A stretch of DNA of 64,000 nucleotides from Azolla caroliniana (taxonomy: Eukaryota > Plantae > Polypodiophyta): assembly GCA_043228905.1 (NCBI GenBank), contig JBHGNT010000014.1:17484001-17548000 (forward strand). The letters are read 5' to 3'. Below the pieces are notes generated by a model. The model made no database searches, was not told the origin of the DNA, and saw nothing but the letters and a program-made list of their open reading frames with translations. This document shows, piece by piece, positions 12,824-25,700 of the stretch. A program made the translations under genes and the position numbers. Every line of letters begins with the position of its first letter. Position 1 is the first letter of the stretch.

Positions 12824-15800
12824 TGTTACCAATTAGGAACATGGTCTATAGTCAGTCCTTTGACCTAGACCTCAAGGTGACTGTGTTGCAACGAATGGTA
12901 CCGTCGTACTGTAATACGTAACGGGATACCTCCTCGTATCCTAGTAGCGTATAAGAGAGATGGCTACAACCGAACTCCTTAGACAATGCACTAGTAACTG
13001 TTGGGATATGTCCCTCTAGTGGGAGGAAGATCCGAGCGTCCGGAAAGCTGATGGTCGAGGAGCCGAGTTGATGAGCAACTCGGCCGAGGCCGAAACCGGA
13101 ATCGTGTAAATAGCCAACTCGGGAGACTATACTTGTAAATAGTCTAAGTGTGCGCTCCACGAGGGCTACACATGTAAATAACCAAGAAGTTGTGTAAGTA
13201 CATATGCAACTAGGGCAAACTTTCAGTTTGTGTGTTAGTGAGACGAACAGAGTAAGAGAACGAGTGAGAGTGTAAGAAAGAGAAGCGTAAGCCGCGCCAT
13301 AGCTGTGTGAGTAACAACAGACGCGAAGAGCCTTGTGTGGCTGATACACTCGACAGAGTGTTGTATTCCTCTCGGTGTTGTATATCCACTTTGTATAGTG
13401 AAGAAATCTGTTCACCTGTGGTTTTCCCCGTTTTAGGGTTTCCACGTAAATCTCTGTGCACCATTATTCATCTTGTTTTTTTTCTTTGGCATATTTTTGT
13501 GATTCGTATTTCAGCAGTGTCTATTCATTGTGATTCATATTTTGCAACAATTTCTCTTCAAACTGGTATCAAAGCTTGAGGTGCAAGCATGGAAGGAGGT
13601 GTTAGCAGTTTCCCAGGTATGATAGTTCTGAACTCACAGAATTATGCAGATTGGAAGATAAAGATGGAAGACCTTCTCATAGTAAAAGACCTGTACGAGC
13701 CAGTCGACAGAGCAGAAATACCCAAGGGGGTATTGGAGTCGGACTGGAAGCTCCTAAACAGAAAGGCTGTGGCCACTATCCAACAATGCGTCGATGTAAG
13801 TGTCCTTCAGCATGTGGCGAACGACACAAATTCTTATGAAATGTGGCAGAAGATGTCGGGTCTGTACGAGAGGAAGAATGCGCTAAACAGAACCTCGCTA
13901 ATGAGAAAAATCGTGCGGCTGAAATACAAAGACGGTGAGAGCATCATCGAACACATCAACACATTTATGGGGTATGTAAATCAACTTGTTGTGACCAAGT
14001 TTCCCTTGGATGATGCAATGCAGGCCATTGTGCTGATGTGTACGCTGCCGGAAAGTTGGGAGAACCTAGTGGTTACTCTTAGCACCTCTTGTCAAGAAGA
14101 GAACTTGTCTTTATAGACAATGACGACAAGCATTCTAATCGAGGAGGCAAGGAGGAAAGACAAAGGAGTCCTGTCCCAAACAGAGTCGAATCTGACTCAA
14201 CATATGGACAAAGGAAGAGACCGACGAAGAAGAAGTCCGCAACGAATGAACAAATCCCACACCAGATCGAAGTACAAAGGTAAGCCTATGTGCATTTATT
14301 GCGGAAAACTTGGACACTTCCAAAAGGACTGCGGACACATGAGAAAAGACAAGAGTGTCGGAAATAATGTTGAACCTCGGAAAATTCCGGATGAGAAGAA
14401 CACTTCGGGCATTGCTACGAGCAATGAAGAACTCTTGTTCATTTGTGAGTAGACAAGTGCAAATCTTGCGAGTGAAGAATGCACTTGGGTGATCGACTCC
14501 GGCGCATCCTTCCATATTACTCCGTCGAGAGAGTATTTCTCGACTTACATAGCTGGGGATCATGGTTATGTAAAGATGGGTGATAGTGGAGAGTGCAAGA
14601 TAACCGGAGTCAGAAGTGTCTGCTTGACAACGTCGACAGGGTGTCGATTGACGTTGAAGGATGTTCGACACGTCCCCGATATCAGATTGAATCTAATATC
14701 GACTGGAAGGCTTGATGACGAAGGCTACAATGGTAGTTTTCGGAATGGCAAGTGGAAGTTCTGCCGAGGAAATCTTATAGTGGCCCGAGCACAGAAAGAA
14801 GGCACATTGTATACGATGCATGCTCGACTGTGCAAATCGGAAGTAAACATGGCAGCCGACTCGGTAGGGGACATATGGCATAAGAGGCTAGTCCACATGA
14901 GTGAGAAGGGAATGCACTTGTTAGCTGACCAGAAACTTCTGCCAGAAGTCAAGGGAGTGCACCTGGAGAAGTGTGTCAACTGCTTAAACAGGGCGTCATT
15001 CCACTCGAAACCACCGAGGAGAAGAGAAGCTGCACTGGAACTAGTGCACACGGATGTGTGCTATGTGGATGCTCCATCACATCGAGGAGGACAGTACTTT
15101 GTAACGTTTATTGACGACTATAGTTGGAAAACATGGGCCTTCGTACTGAAGTCGAAGGATCAAGTACTGTCGGTTTTCAAGGAGTTCCGGGCAAGAACTG
15201 AAAGAGAGTTGGGTCGGAAACTAAAGGTTATCCGAACCGACAACGGTGGCGAATACAAAGGGCAGTTCGAAGAATACTGCAAGTGCCAAGGTATTCAAAT
15301 TGAATACACAGTACCAAAGACCCCATAGTTGAACGGGCTTGTAGAGAGGATGAATCGAATGATCATGGAGAGAGTGAGGAGCATGCTCTCTCATGTGAAA
15401 TTGCCGAAATCCTATTGGGCTGAGACGATGTACACAACAGTTTATCTGATTCATAGGTCTGCCTCGGTACCTCTAAAGGGTAATGTCCCACAAAGGGTGT
15501 GGACATGGAAGGATGTCTCCTACCAACACCTAAGGGTGTTTGGATTCTTGGCGTATATGCATGTACCAAAGGATCAGACGTCAAAGCTCGACAACAAGTC
15601 GAAAGCATGCATATTCATGGGGTACTTGGAAGATGAGTTCGGGTATAGGTTGTGGGACTTAGTTGATAAGAAGGTAGTGAGAAGTTGGGATGTCATCTTT
15701 CTTGAAGATAAAACAATTGAAGACTGGAAGCAACAGAAGTCGGAACCGACTCCCCAGTCAACCTCGACTACTATCGACTTAAGGCCAAATGTGTCGTCAC

Positions 15801-16608
15801 CGGCAGGTGTAAGGAGACAGCTGGTTGACAGAGCCGAATCTGAGTCGGTCGACTCAGAAAGACCGATAGACTATGAGTTAGAGTCGGCAAACCTACTAAA
15901 ATCAATTGAGGAATATGAGTTGGAGTTGTCCAACCTGGAGATGCCGATTGATGAGTAAAATCCTGAGCAAAAAGAAGAGTTGGCAGAGACATCTGGAAGA
16001 GAGCCAATAACGAGGGGACGAAAGGAAGGCACCAATTACATATGCCAGTCAATACATCCTCTTGACTGATGACGGTGAACTGCTATGAAGAAGCCATTGC
16101 CGATGAGAGCAGATAAAAATAGCTGAACGCGATGCAAGAGGAGATGGAATCCTTGCACGTGAATTACACCTACGACCTAGTAGAGCTGCCGATGTCATGA
16201 TATGGCAAGACTCGACCCATATACCATAAGGTCATGGGTTCGAGTCTTGCCTGACAGTACTAAGCAGAGAGAGAATTAGTACTAAAGAAGAGAAGTACTA
16301 TTAGTACTAAGAGGACGGGACTGCGTAAGATTCCTGAGAGAGAAAGAGAGAAGAGGAGAGAGAGATAGCGAGGATGAGAGAGAGAGGGATGATGATAACA
16401 AACAATATATTATGTGAAGGATAAGTACAAAGTGACTAAGAGGCTTAAGACTGGCGTTGAACCAATTTGGTTCAAAACAATGCCTTGTGCCTCCTTATAT
16501 AGTGCTCTCAGGAGTAGTCCTGAAGCTTCTAGAATGTTCCAGAGAAATCTGGAATATACATTAATTTCTTATAATAAAACATAAATGAAAATAATATCCT
16601 ACAAATTA

Positions 16609-16680
16609 CAATAGATGGTGTGATGGTTAAGAGCTCGACCCATATACCATAAGGCCATGGGTTCAAGTCTTGCTATATCA
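16609..16680 (+). ncRNA. tRNA-like (degenerate) Pol III A-box/B-box cassette in the chromovirus LTR, antisense to the element
   Basis: A-box-like TGGTGTGATGG (16616-16626), CCCATA loop motif (CAT) and B-box-like GGTTCAAGTCT (16660-16670) at tRNA-like spacing. Stems only partly paired, so not a functional tRNA. Confidence 0.45.
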
Positions 16681-19600
16681 TGACACTATCCCCCCCTTAA
16701 GACGACAAGTGGAACGAGCCGACGCTGATTGAGGATCGGGTTTGTCGGGATACTGTTGGTGAAAATAAGCAAGAAGATCCTGAGCATTGGCAACATGCTC
16801 GATGGGCTCCCAAGTACGTTCGCTCGGACTATAGCCGAGCCAATTGACCAAATAATGAAGTTTGTTGTGAACAAATTTGGAGTCGAGGATGGCAGCAACT
16901 TCATACTTCGGGCCGACGTCTAACTCAAATGGGGGCGGCGGTGGTGTAACACGATCGGGAAGAGTGTTTGCTTTATAAGGTTCAAGAAGGCAACTATGGA
17001 AGACCGGATGTATCCGAAGATGCGGAGAAAGATCAAGGCGGAACATGACATCATTAACCTTACCGATAATATGGAAAGGACCAAGTCAACGATAATCCAA
17101 CTTGTCGCACGGTCGAGTAGTCTTGATGTGACGACGTAAAAGCCATACTCGATCTCCGATGGCAAAAGAGGAGGGAAGCTGATGACGATACGTGTAAGTC
17201 TTTTGTGTCTGTTGAGCATGACGAAGATGAGTAGAGAGATCCATCTAGATCTTGCGTAGTCTCTCCAAATGATCCTCGACACGAGGATTGGTAGGTAGCT
17301 CCGGGGTGTTAATCACCGACCAGCGAGGATGAGAGTCGGTATAAGCGTAGAATGGGGAGAATCGAGCCGAGGAGTGAACAACATTATTATACGCAAACTC
17401 CGCAAAGTGGAGAATCTCGTCCCAATTGTCCTGTTGATAACTCAGGAAACACCGGAGATATTGCTCCAGCGTTTGGTTTGTTCGTTCCACCTGCCCATCA
17501 GTTTGAGGATGGTAGCCGGAGGAGAGGTTGCAAGAGACCTTGAGCATCTTGAAGAGATGTTGCCAAAATTTGGAGACGAATTGTGGTCCTCGGTCACTGA
17601 TGATACTGTCTGGGAGGCCATGATGCCGAAATACCTCACGCATGACAAGGGCGGCGGTTTCCTCACTAGTGATGGCCTTAGTACATGGCACAAAATGTGC
17701 CATCTTCGTATATCGATCGACGACGGTTAAGATAGCATCAAACCCCTTCGAGACCGGCAGATCTGTGATAAAGTCAAGACAAATAGACTGCCACGGCTTA
17801 CTTGGAATCAGTAAGGGTTCCAACAAGCCATATGGATGGTGTCGTGGCATCTTTGCTCGGCAGCAAGCATCACAGGTCCGAACGTAGTCGTCGACAAAAT
17901 GTCGCATATGGGGCCACCAAAAGGATTGTTGAACTAGATCCAACGTCTTAGTGCTACCGAAATGTCCCGCCATATTTGGTGTCATGTCAACTTTGGACGA
18001 TTTGAAGGCGACAGGAGCAATCGAGGACATATACAAGCTTTTTAAAGAATAACAAACCATCATGATATTCGAATTGTCAGTAGTCCATACCTGGTTGTTG
18101 AGACTGGGAACAGGATACCCGAGAGGTATCAATGTGCGCCAAAATATGTCTTGAGCAAAATTGTCCGTCTTCAAATTCGCACGTATGGTGTCGGTATTCT
18201 GGGAATCCATTGGGGTGTGAAAAATCCGTGTTGTGTGTAATCGTGTTGGTCCCAAGATTACTTGCTTTTGATTATCGAACGCTGGATCACCAGGACGAGG
18301 TGCAAGATATGAACTCCGTGATAGTGCATCTGCCTTTCCTTGCTACTTCCCTGGTCGATATGCGATTTTGAAATCAAAACGTGTGAGGAATTGAGCCCAC
18401 CTAGCTTGCCATCGATTTAGCACACGAGCGTTCTGGAAATAAGAAAGATTCTTGTGATCACTGAAGACGATGACCTGATGTGGAGAGCCCTCCAAAAAAT
18501 GCCGCCATTGCACAAATGAATCCACAATGGCTAATAACTCCTTGTCATTTATTTCGTAGTTAATTTCCGCAACATTGAATTTGCGCGAATGGAAAGCCAC
18601 AGGATGTAACTCTTCTTTATCTCCTTGTTGAGAAAGGATGCTACCGAGGGCAAAATCTGATGCGTCGGCCTCCATGATGAATGGTTTGCTTGTATCCACA
18701 TGAGCTAGAATAGGTGCTGATGTAAAGGCTTTCTTAAGATGCCGAAAAGCCATGTCCGCTTCATTGGACCAAAGAAATGCTTGTCCCTTCTTCTTAAGTT
18801 GTGTGAGAGGTAAAATAATCTTCGAGTAATCCTATATAAACTTGCAGTAGAAGTTAGCAAAACCTAGAAAACATTGTACATCTCGTACTGACCGTGGAAT
18901 TTTCCACTCTAGCACAGTTTGGACTTTAGCTGGATCCATGGTGATGCCCTTTGAGGAGATAACGTAGCCTAGAAATTCCACTTGCTTGCAGTCAAAGCTA
19001 CATTTTTCTAGCTTGGCATAAAGACCATTCTCGCGGAGTCAGTTTAGTACTAATAGTACATGAGAATCGTGCTCTTCTTGGGTCTTCGAATAAATCAATA
19101 GATCATCCAGATAGATGATCAAATAGATATCCAAGAGGTCTTTGAATATATCATTTGCCATATGTTGGAAGACTACGGGTGCATTGGTTAGACCGAATGA
19201 CATAACAGTATATTCGAAATGCCCATACCGCGTGCGAAAGGCGGTCTTCCATTCATCTCCCGATCGGATCCGCACAAGGTTATTCGCTCCTCGTAGATCG
19301 ATTTTTGTAAAAAACTTGGCACCATTAACTCGCTCTAAAAGACTTGATATAAGAGGAAGTGCATACCTATTCCTGATGGTGACCTTATTCAAGCCACGGT
19401 AATCAACGACAAGCCGAAGTGATCCATCTTTCTTCTTGACAAAGAAGATGGGTGCACTGACCGGAGATTTCGAATGACGAATAAACCCCCTTGCCAAGTT
19501 CTCCTCTATGTAGGCTCGAAGGACTTCTAACTCGGTGGGTGACAAGTTGTAGATTGGTCCTTATGGTGGCTCTACTCCTGGTTGTAAATCGATGGGACAA

Positions 19601-20224
19601 TCATAGGGACGATGATGAGGAAGAGTACAGGCTTTTACCTTGTCAAATACGTCGGCATAAGGATGATATTTCACTGGAAGTTGCACTAAGGATTCCTCCT
19701 TAATATTGTTGGAAGGATGTACTGATATGGCAAATAGGAACATTGCCTCCTTGTGTCCTTCTTCGCGTAGTTGACGTAGTGAAATGGTCGAAACTCGATA
19801 AGTAGATTCTTGGGGTTGTCGATGTCGGACTTCTCTTGTTCTCCAATCTATGTCTGGATTATGTAATTCAAACGAAGGTAATCCCAGGACAATGGGATGC
19901 TCTGGACTACTAATTATATTAAATGCTACTACACACACAAAACTACCTAGGACAACCTGAATGGGTTTTGACTCTTCTACAATATTCCCGGAAGCAATGG
20001 GACGACCATCAATGACTACTACAGATGCGGGGCAAGGAAGTTTTCTTAAGGATATCTGAGAAGCTTGGGAAAAATTTCGATCCATGAAACAGGAATTAGC
20101 TTCGGAATCTAGAAGTGCTAGGACATGTACTGGGGGAGTACTTTTAGTACTAACCATGACTTGGGCTAGGAACACATTGCTAACTTGCTTGGAGGGAATG
20201 GAACCACTAATGGGCTGTACAGAT

Positions 20225-20277
20225 CTAGGGTTGTCCAACCAAACGGCTCCTATTTTGGCTAGACTCAATCGTTTAAC
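20225..20277 (-). promoter_or_regulatory. Putative -1 ribosomal frameshift signal at the chromovirus gag/pol junction
   Basis: Minus strand reads G TTA AAC GAT TGA, then an 11-bp stem GTCTAGCCAAA/TTTGGTTGGAC starting 6 nt after the heptamer. The pol ORF (19561-20268) is in the -1 frame. Confidence 0.6.
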
Positions 20278-22794
20278 TCTTCATCTAATTGACTAAGGAT
20301 TTCAAATTTGTTTGAGATACTTGGGCTATTAGTACTATTAATACTATCAAACACTCTATTAGTACTATTAATACTATCAAACACTCCTAAGGGAAGAATT
20401 GACTCGGGTTTAGTACTGGCTACAATTTGAATTACCTGTCTTCTTGGCCTATGGGGACAATTGATTGTGATATGCTCTGGTCCACCGCAATAAAGACATA
20501 ATCGATTTGCACGTTGTCGTTGCTTTTTTTTCTTCCGATAACGGACCACGTCGACGCATGGTATCAATCTCCATCGGTGTCGGAGTATTTGCTTGAGGTA
20601 TGTCTCGTGCAAACGGTTTAGCCGCGACTAAGGCGTAAGTGGGCTCCGGCCTAGAGCGTGGTATCTGTAATTGACGTTCCGAACGCCGTTTGAAAAAGAG
20701 AGATGATGATAGAAAAGAGAGAGAAGGAAGATATAGAAACCCAAATCTACAAAGATATATTAATAAGGAGTGATGATCATAGAAACAAGAGAAAGAAGAT
20801 ACATAAACTCAAGCCTACAAGGATGAATTGATCACTAGAAAAACGCGCTACATGAATAGGCAAGAAAAACACCACAAGAAAAAAGCTCTCTTCACCACCT
20901 CACTCTTCTTGCTTTATATGAAGTTCTCCTCTAGTAGATAAGTTTCGCTTGCTTTCTTTTCCACGCTTTTTTTAGAGCTTTTCCATCTCCTATTCTTAGT
21001 TATGACACAACGATCTTCTAATCGTCATATCTCCCTCATCCATGCACCAAATTTAGAGTTTTAAAAAGCTATGGATAGAGTAAGAGAACGAGTGAGAGTG
21101 TAAGAGAGAGAAGTGTGAGCCGCGCCATAGTTGTGTGAGTAACAACAGACGCAAAGAGCCTTGTGCGGATGATACACTTGACAGAGTGTTGTATTCCTCT
21201 CGGTGTTGTATATCCACTTTGTATAGTGAAGAAATCTGTTCACCCATAGTTTTCCCCGTTTTAGGGTTTCTACGTAAATCTCTGTGCACCATTGTTCATC
21301 TTGTTTTTTTTCTTTGTTATATTTTTGTGATTCGTATTTCAGCAGTGTTTGTTCATTGTGATTCATATTCCGCAATGATTTCTCTTCAGTAACAACACTC
21401 ACGCTCCTGCCTACGCTCTTACAATTACAATATGCCACCAAGAATCAGAGAAACACAATAGATTAACCACAGATATGCACAGGGGATCAGAGAAGATAGA
21501 ACTTTATTAAGAAACACTCTATGCACCAAAATTTACACGCGACCTCTTAGAGAGGATTTTTGCCCTTTATATACACAGGGTCTTTTAGCCGTTCACGCTT
21601 CCTGTGTGAACCATTCCATGCTTTACGTTTTTACTGCATTCTATATTTCTGTGCTCCTGTCTGTCGGTTACTATTCCGGCGGACAACACCTGGCACGCCT
21701 GTGGGACAGTGCCATGGCACGTCGGACCCACCCCTTTAATCTTCCTCCAAAATGGCCCAGATGTTTGGTTCCGCCCTGGTGTCCCGGTCCGGGGACGACG
21801 TAGTGTCCGTAGGCGCGTCCTTGCGTGGTTCTAGGACTTTCTCGGTAGGGCTTTCCATGGTGCTGCTGGCTTCCTGTGTTGGCGGTCCGAGCTCCGCTAT
21901 CTCGTCCTGTTCTACTGTGGCTGGCTCAGCCATCCACAGGCTCTTGGTAGGTCGAGGTTCTGTCTCGTTCGTAACTTCCTCGGCTGTAGTCGTACACTCC
22001 GGTGAATGGGGCTGAGGTTCCTCCTGGTCAGCGGTCTCACTTTCTGGTATCGCGAGGGGCTCTGCTTGCTGTTCCATGCTACTCACCATAGTGATTAATT
22101 CCGGTGACGTTGTCGAGGTATTCCCGCGGATGCGTGGAACGAGGCGGGACCTTGGGGGTCTTGTACCGAAGAGCAAGAGAGAAAAAGGAGAAGGGAAGAG
22201 ACCCACTAGGTGCGAGCGTAGATTCACAGGGACACGGCCCTTCGACACAAAGACGCGAGTGCGACAGCGACACAGTGAGACACGAATGTATGTAAAATAT
22301 ATATAAACAAGACAAACAACAAGAAGCACGAGGTCGGTTACAACCGAACAGGCCGGCGAACAGATGCTGATGCCTGTTCGCAAAAACTCAGAAGGAAAGG
22401 AGTAGGTTGGAGGTGCTGCCGGAAGCACTTGGGCATTCCTCAGAGCAACGCGAGCCTCCCGAAACCTGCACAGAAAGAAGCTACGGAGAGTAGAGAGAAG
22501 CCTTCGACCGACAGCCCGACAGCACTTCGTCCTCTCTGATTCGCGATCCCCTTCCTCCTCCTCGTCTCCCTCCTCTTATAGGCAAAAAGGGAGCCGTTTC
22601 CTATTAACTCCCTACCTCCTGAATCTACCTACCTAGGATCTTCTATGTACAACGTGCAAGAAGAGCCGGTTCCTACGCTCCGGCGCACCGATTCCGCTTG
22701 TGGACGGTTTTCTTCACGACATCCGCCCCCACCTAACCGCGCATCCATCGGCATGCGCCAAATTGGGTTGGGACGGAGAAAACCGGTCCAGCCT

Positions 22795-25700
22795 TCATTC
22801 CCCACCCGTCGGTTCTTCCTCGGTTTCGGATCGTTCATCGTCGCGGTCCAGGTCAATCGGATCCGGCTCGTCGTCGTGACGCTTCTTGAATGCTTTGATC
22901 CGCTTCCCAGCTACCGGTATCGCCATTCTCGTACCGTCGAGTTCCGCCGGATGGTACGTCACGTTGTCGTTGGCGCTTTGTACCACGTAAGGCCCGAACC
23001 ACCTTCTTGTGAACTTCCGTGTTGCTCGGTGCTGGTTGTCGAGGCTGCTGTCGTAGACTAACACCCAGTCGCCTTCCTCGATTTTCTTCGGTCGGAGCCA
23101 GTGCGTTCGGTCGAACCGGGCCTTGTTCCTCGTCCTTGCCACCCGAAGCTTTTCCGCAGCCTGCTCCACGTCCTCCGGTCTTCGCTCGAGCTGCCGTATG
23201 CGCGCCGTCAACAGTTCCTCCCGGCTCATCTCGTCTCTCCAGTCCACGGTTGCCCATGAGGAGATCGTTCGTTCCATCGGCATGATCGGCTTCTGCCCAA
23301 ACATGAGCTCTGCCGGCATGAATCCGGTGACCGAACTGTGCGTAGTTCGGTCAGCCCACAACGCGTAAGGCAGCAATCGTGGCCAGTTCCCGACTTGCCC
23401 TCCGCATGCCCGAACTAACGCCTTGACGATCGGTCCGTGTCCACGCTCCACCTTCCCATTCGCCTCCGGATTGTACGCAGTGGTAAGCGAGAGCTTGACT
23501 CCTAGCCGGTTGAACAGCTCCTCGACCTCTTCGGCGTCCAACTCCCCGCGATCAGCCACGATCTTCCCGACGCACAACGTCCTCGATCAGGAACCGACAT
23601 ACGGCCGCGGTTGTTTTGTTCTGAAGGGCTCGGCCTTTCACCTGGTTCGTCAGATCTTCCCGAGCCAGGACCAGATACCGCATCTGTCCTACGCCCATCG
23701 GCATCGTCACCAGATCTACCATCCATTTGAAGTGGATGGTCGGAGGGTACGTACGATGAAGCTCGTCCCGATGTCGGACTACGGAGTGCATCTGGCAGCT
23801 CTCGCAAGTTGTCACAAACCGATGCACGTCCCGGTACAGTCCCGGCCACCAGTACTTCCCCTTTATCTTCTCGAACGTGGCCCACGTTCCACGGTGTCCA
23901 GCCCAAGGGCTGTCGTGGTAGGCCGTCAGCAGCTCCTCCTGTTCTTCCTTCATCGCCACCACCCGGAGCGGGATGCCGTTCCTCTTCTTCGGGTGCTTCC
24001 ATAAGTATTCGTCCTGGAGAAAGAATCGGTATGCTTTCTTCCGGATCCGGTTGGCCTCGTCCCTTGTCCATGACGCATCCGGCGTCATTGTCCTCAAAAA
24101 CCCACCAATCTATAGCTACTCGCCGTCGTACTTGCTCTCGTCGAAGCTGTTACGCGTCGGAGTGCTCGCCCCATCGGTCGTCACGTACGCCGCCTCGAAG
24201 AAGTCCACGCCGACTTCTTCGTCCTCCGAAACCATGCCACCCTCGTCATCAAACCTCGCCCTCGAAAGCATGTCGGCCATGGCGTTGTCCTTTCCGGAAA
24301 TGTGTCGTATTTCCGGGTCCAGGGACTTGATGTACGCTATCCACCTAAGCATCGCCAGGTCCGGTGTCGCGCATCCGGAAACCATGCCGAGAATTGGCAG
24401 GCAATCCGTCTCGATAATTACTTCTGTCCCGATCAGGTAGTCTTTGTCGGCCTTTACTGCCGAAACGATACCCCAGAGTTTGCGTTTAACCTGGGCGTAC
24501 CCTCGCTGTCGCTCACTGAGGACCTTCGCGCCGAATCGGATCGGGAACCGAATGCCGTCCTCGTCTTCTTGGTTGACGACCCATCCGATCCCGGTCGGAC
24601 TCGTATCCACCGTTATGTATACCGGGGTACCCTTCTCGTAGACAGCCTTCCGGAGCGCCGGTGCTGCCGCAAGAGCTTCCTTCAGCTTCTCGACCGACTT
24701 CGTGTGCTCGTCTCGCCATTCGAATTTTCGCCCTTTCTTCAGCAACCCGTATAGCGGCTCCGCAACGTGGGCGTAATGCGGGATCCATATGTGGTAGAAC
24801 GCGCATGCCCCCAGGAACCTCCGAACTTCTGTAACCGAGTTACAGTCGGTCTTCATCGCAGAGATGGCTTCTACCTTTGCCGGCGACGGCTTCCGGCCAT
24901 ATGCTCCACATAGGTGTCCGACCACCAGGATTTTTGATTGCCCGAAGGCCGATTTCTCCCCGGAGAAGGTGAGCCTCGCCTCCTCTAGCCTTTGTAGCAC
25001 CTTCTCGCAGTCGTCGATGTGTGCTGCCACGAATCGCCGGCATCCGTTCGGCCCGAGTGTTTCGTCCTTCTCTTCCACCGGGCACCCCTTGATCGGGATG
25101 TCGTCTAGAAACGGCATGGTGATGTCCGGGATGCAAGCCCTCAGTACCTTGTTCATTGCATTCACCATGTGGGCCACCGAGTTGGTCCCTCCTTGTGGCA
25201 GGGTACACATCCGCACTAGGCCGAGGGGAGTTCGCATCGTCGTGATGTCTCTGCTCTCCACGGCTAGCTGGAACTGGTCGTACCCCAAGTATAGATCACC
25301 GACCGAGTAAATCGACCTTCCGGCGAAGGCCTCCGCGAACTCGTCTATGGTCGGTCCGATTCCTGCGTTCCGAATGGTCACTCTGTTGACCGGCTGCAGG
25401 TCTTGAATGAAGCGCAATGTTCCGTTTTTCTTCGGTACAGTAAACCATCGGTTCAAGTATGGGGCACTTGACGGTTCGAGAATGCTCATATCGACTTTCT
25501 GCCTCAATAGCTCCATCAACTTCGGGATGTGAGCTCTCGGTACTGGAATCGGCTTGAGATTCCACGGCACATGCGGTACCGTGAATATCACCATCGGCTC
25601 CACGATTGTCGGGTCTACACACCCGATCTCTCCCGGTGAGAATGCGAAGGCTTTCCCGTGCCTTCCAAGCATTCTCCGAAACCGGTCTTCCTCCGCCGGC

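Larger units (their letters stand above)
16193..20690 (-). mobile_element. Ty3/Gypsy chromovirus (Tcn1-like), 5'-truncated: 3' LTR 16193-16685, PPT, chromodomain, INT, RNase H, RT, PR, partial gag
   Basis: Chromodomain YEVAAILDSK...YLVNWLGYSPSERTWEP (16678-17046); integrase H-H-C-C and LDFITDLP...SDRGPQF...QTDGQVER; RNase H DASDFALG; [11 protein letters not shown]; protease ALLDS; zinc knuckle CLYCGGPEHITINC; PPT GGGGGGGATAG; LTR TGTCATG...CATGACA. Clade assignment from motif resemblance only. Confidence 0.9.
12824..21388 (+). mobile_element. Copia B (Tnt1-like): 5' LTR 12824-13560, PBS 13564-13575, degraded gag-pol 13589-16192, partial second LTR ~21077-21388; interrupted by a chromovirus
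   Basis: TG...CA LTR, PBS TGGTATCAAAGC, gag (LNSQNYADWKIKMEDLL), zinc knuckle CIYCGKLGHFQKDC, protease IDSGAS, GAG-pre-integrase WHKRL, integrase HTDVC...FIDD...RTDNGGEY, several stops. 21077-21388 repeats the 3' part of the 12824-13560 LTR, ending TTCTCTTCA. Confidence 0.85.

Noticed and set aside
12852-13579. ORFs of 84-197 aa repeated at 21053-21441
   Set aside because: They lie within the Copia B LTR; the repetition reflects LTR duplication, not a gene.
16189-16192. CCGA left flank of the chromovirus as further support for CpG targeting
   Set aside because: Different lineage and the other end is missing, so the TSD length and identity cannot be established.
20327-20387. 30-bp in-frame duplication (VFDSINSTN twice) at the chromovirus gag end
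   Set aside because: An ordinary local slippage duplication in a decayed element.
12819-21393. GTGAT / GTAAC as the TSD of Copia B
   Set aside because: Two of five bases mismatch and the host Copia A gag does not resume after 21393, so it cannot be told from chance.
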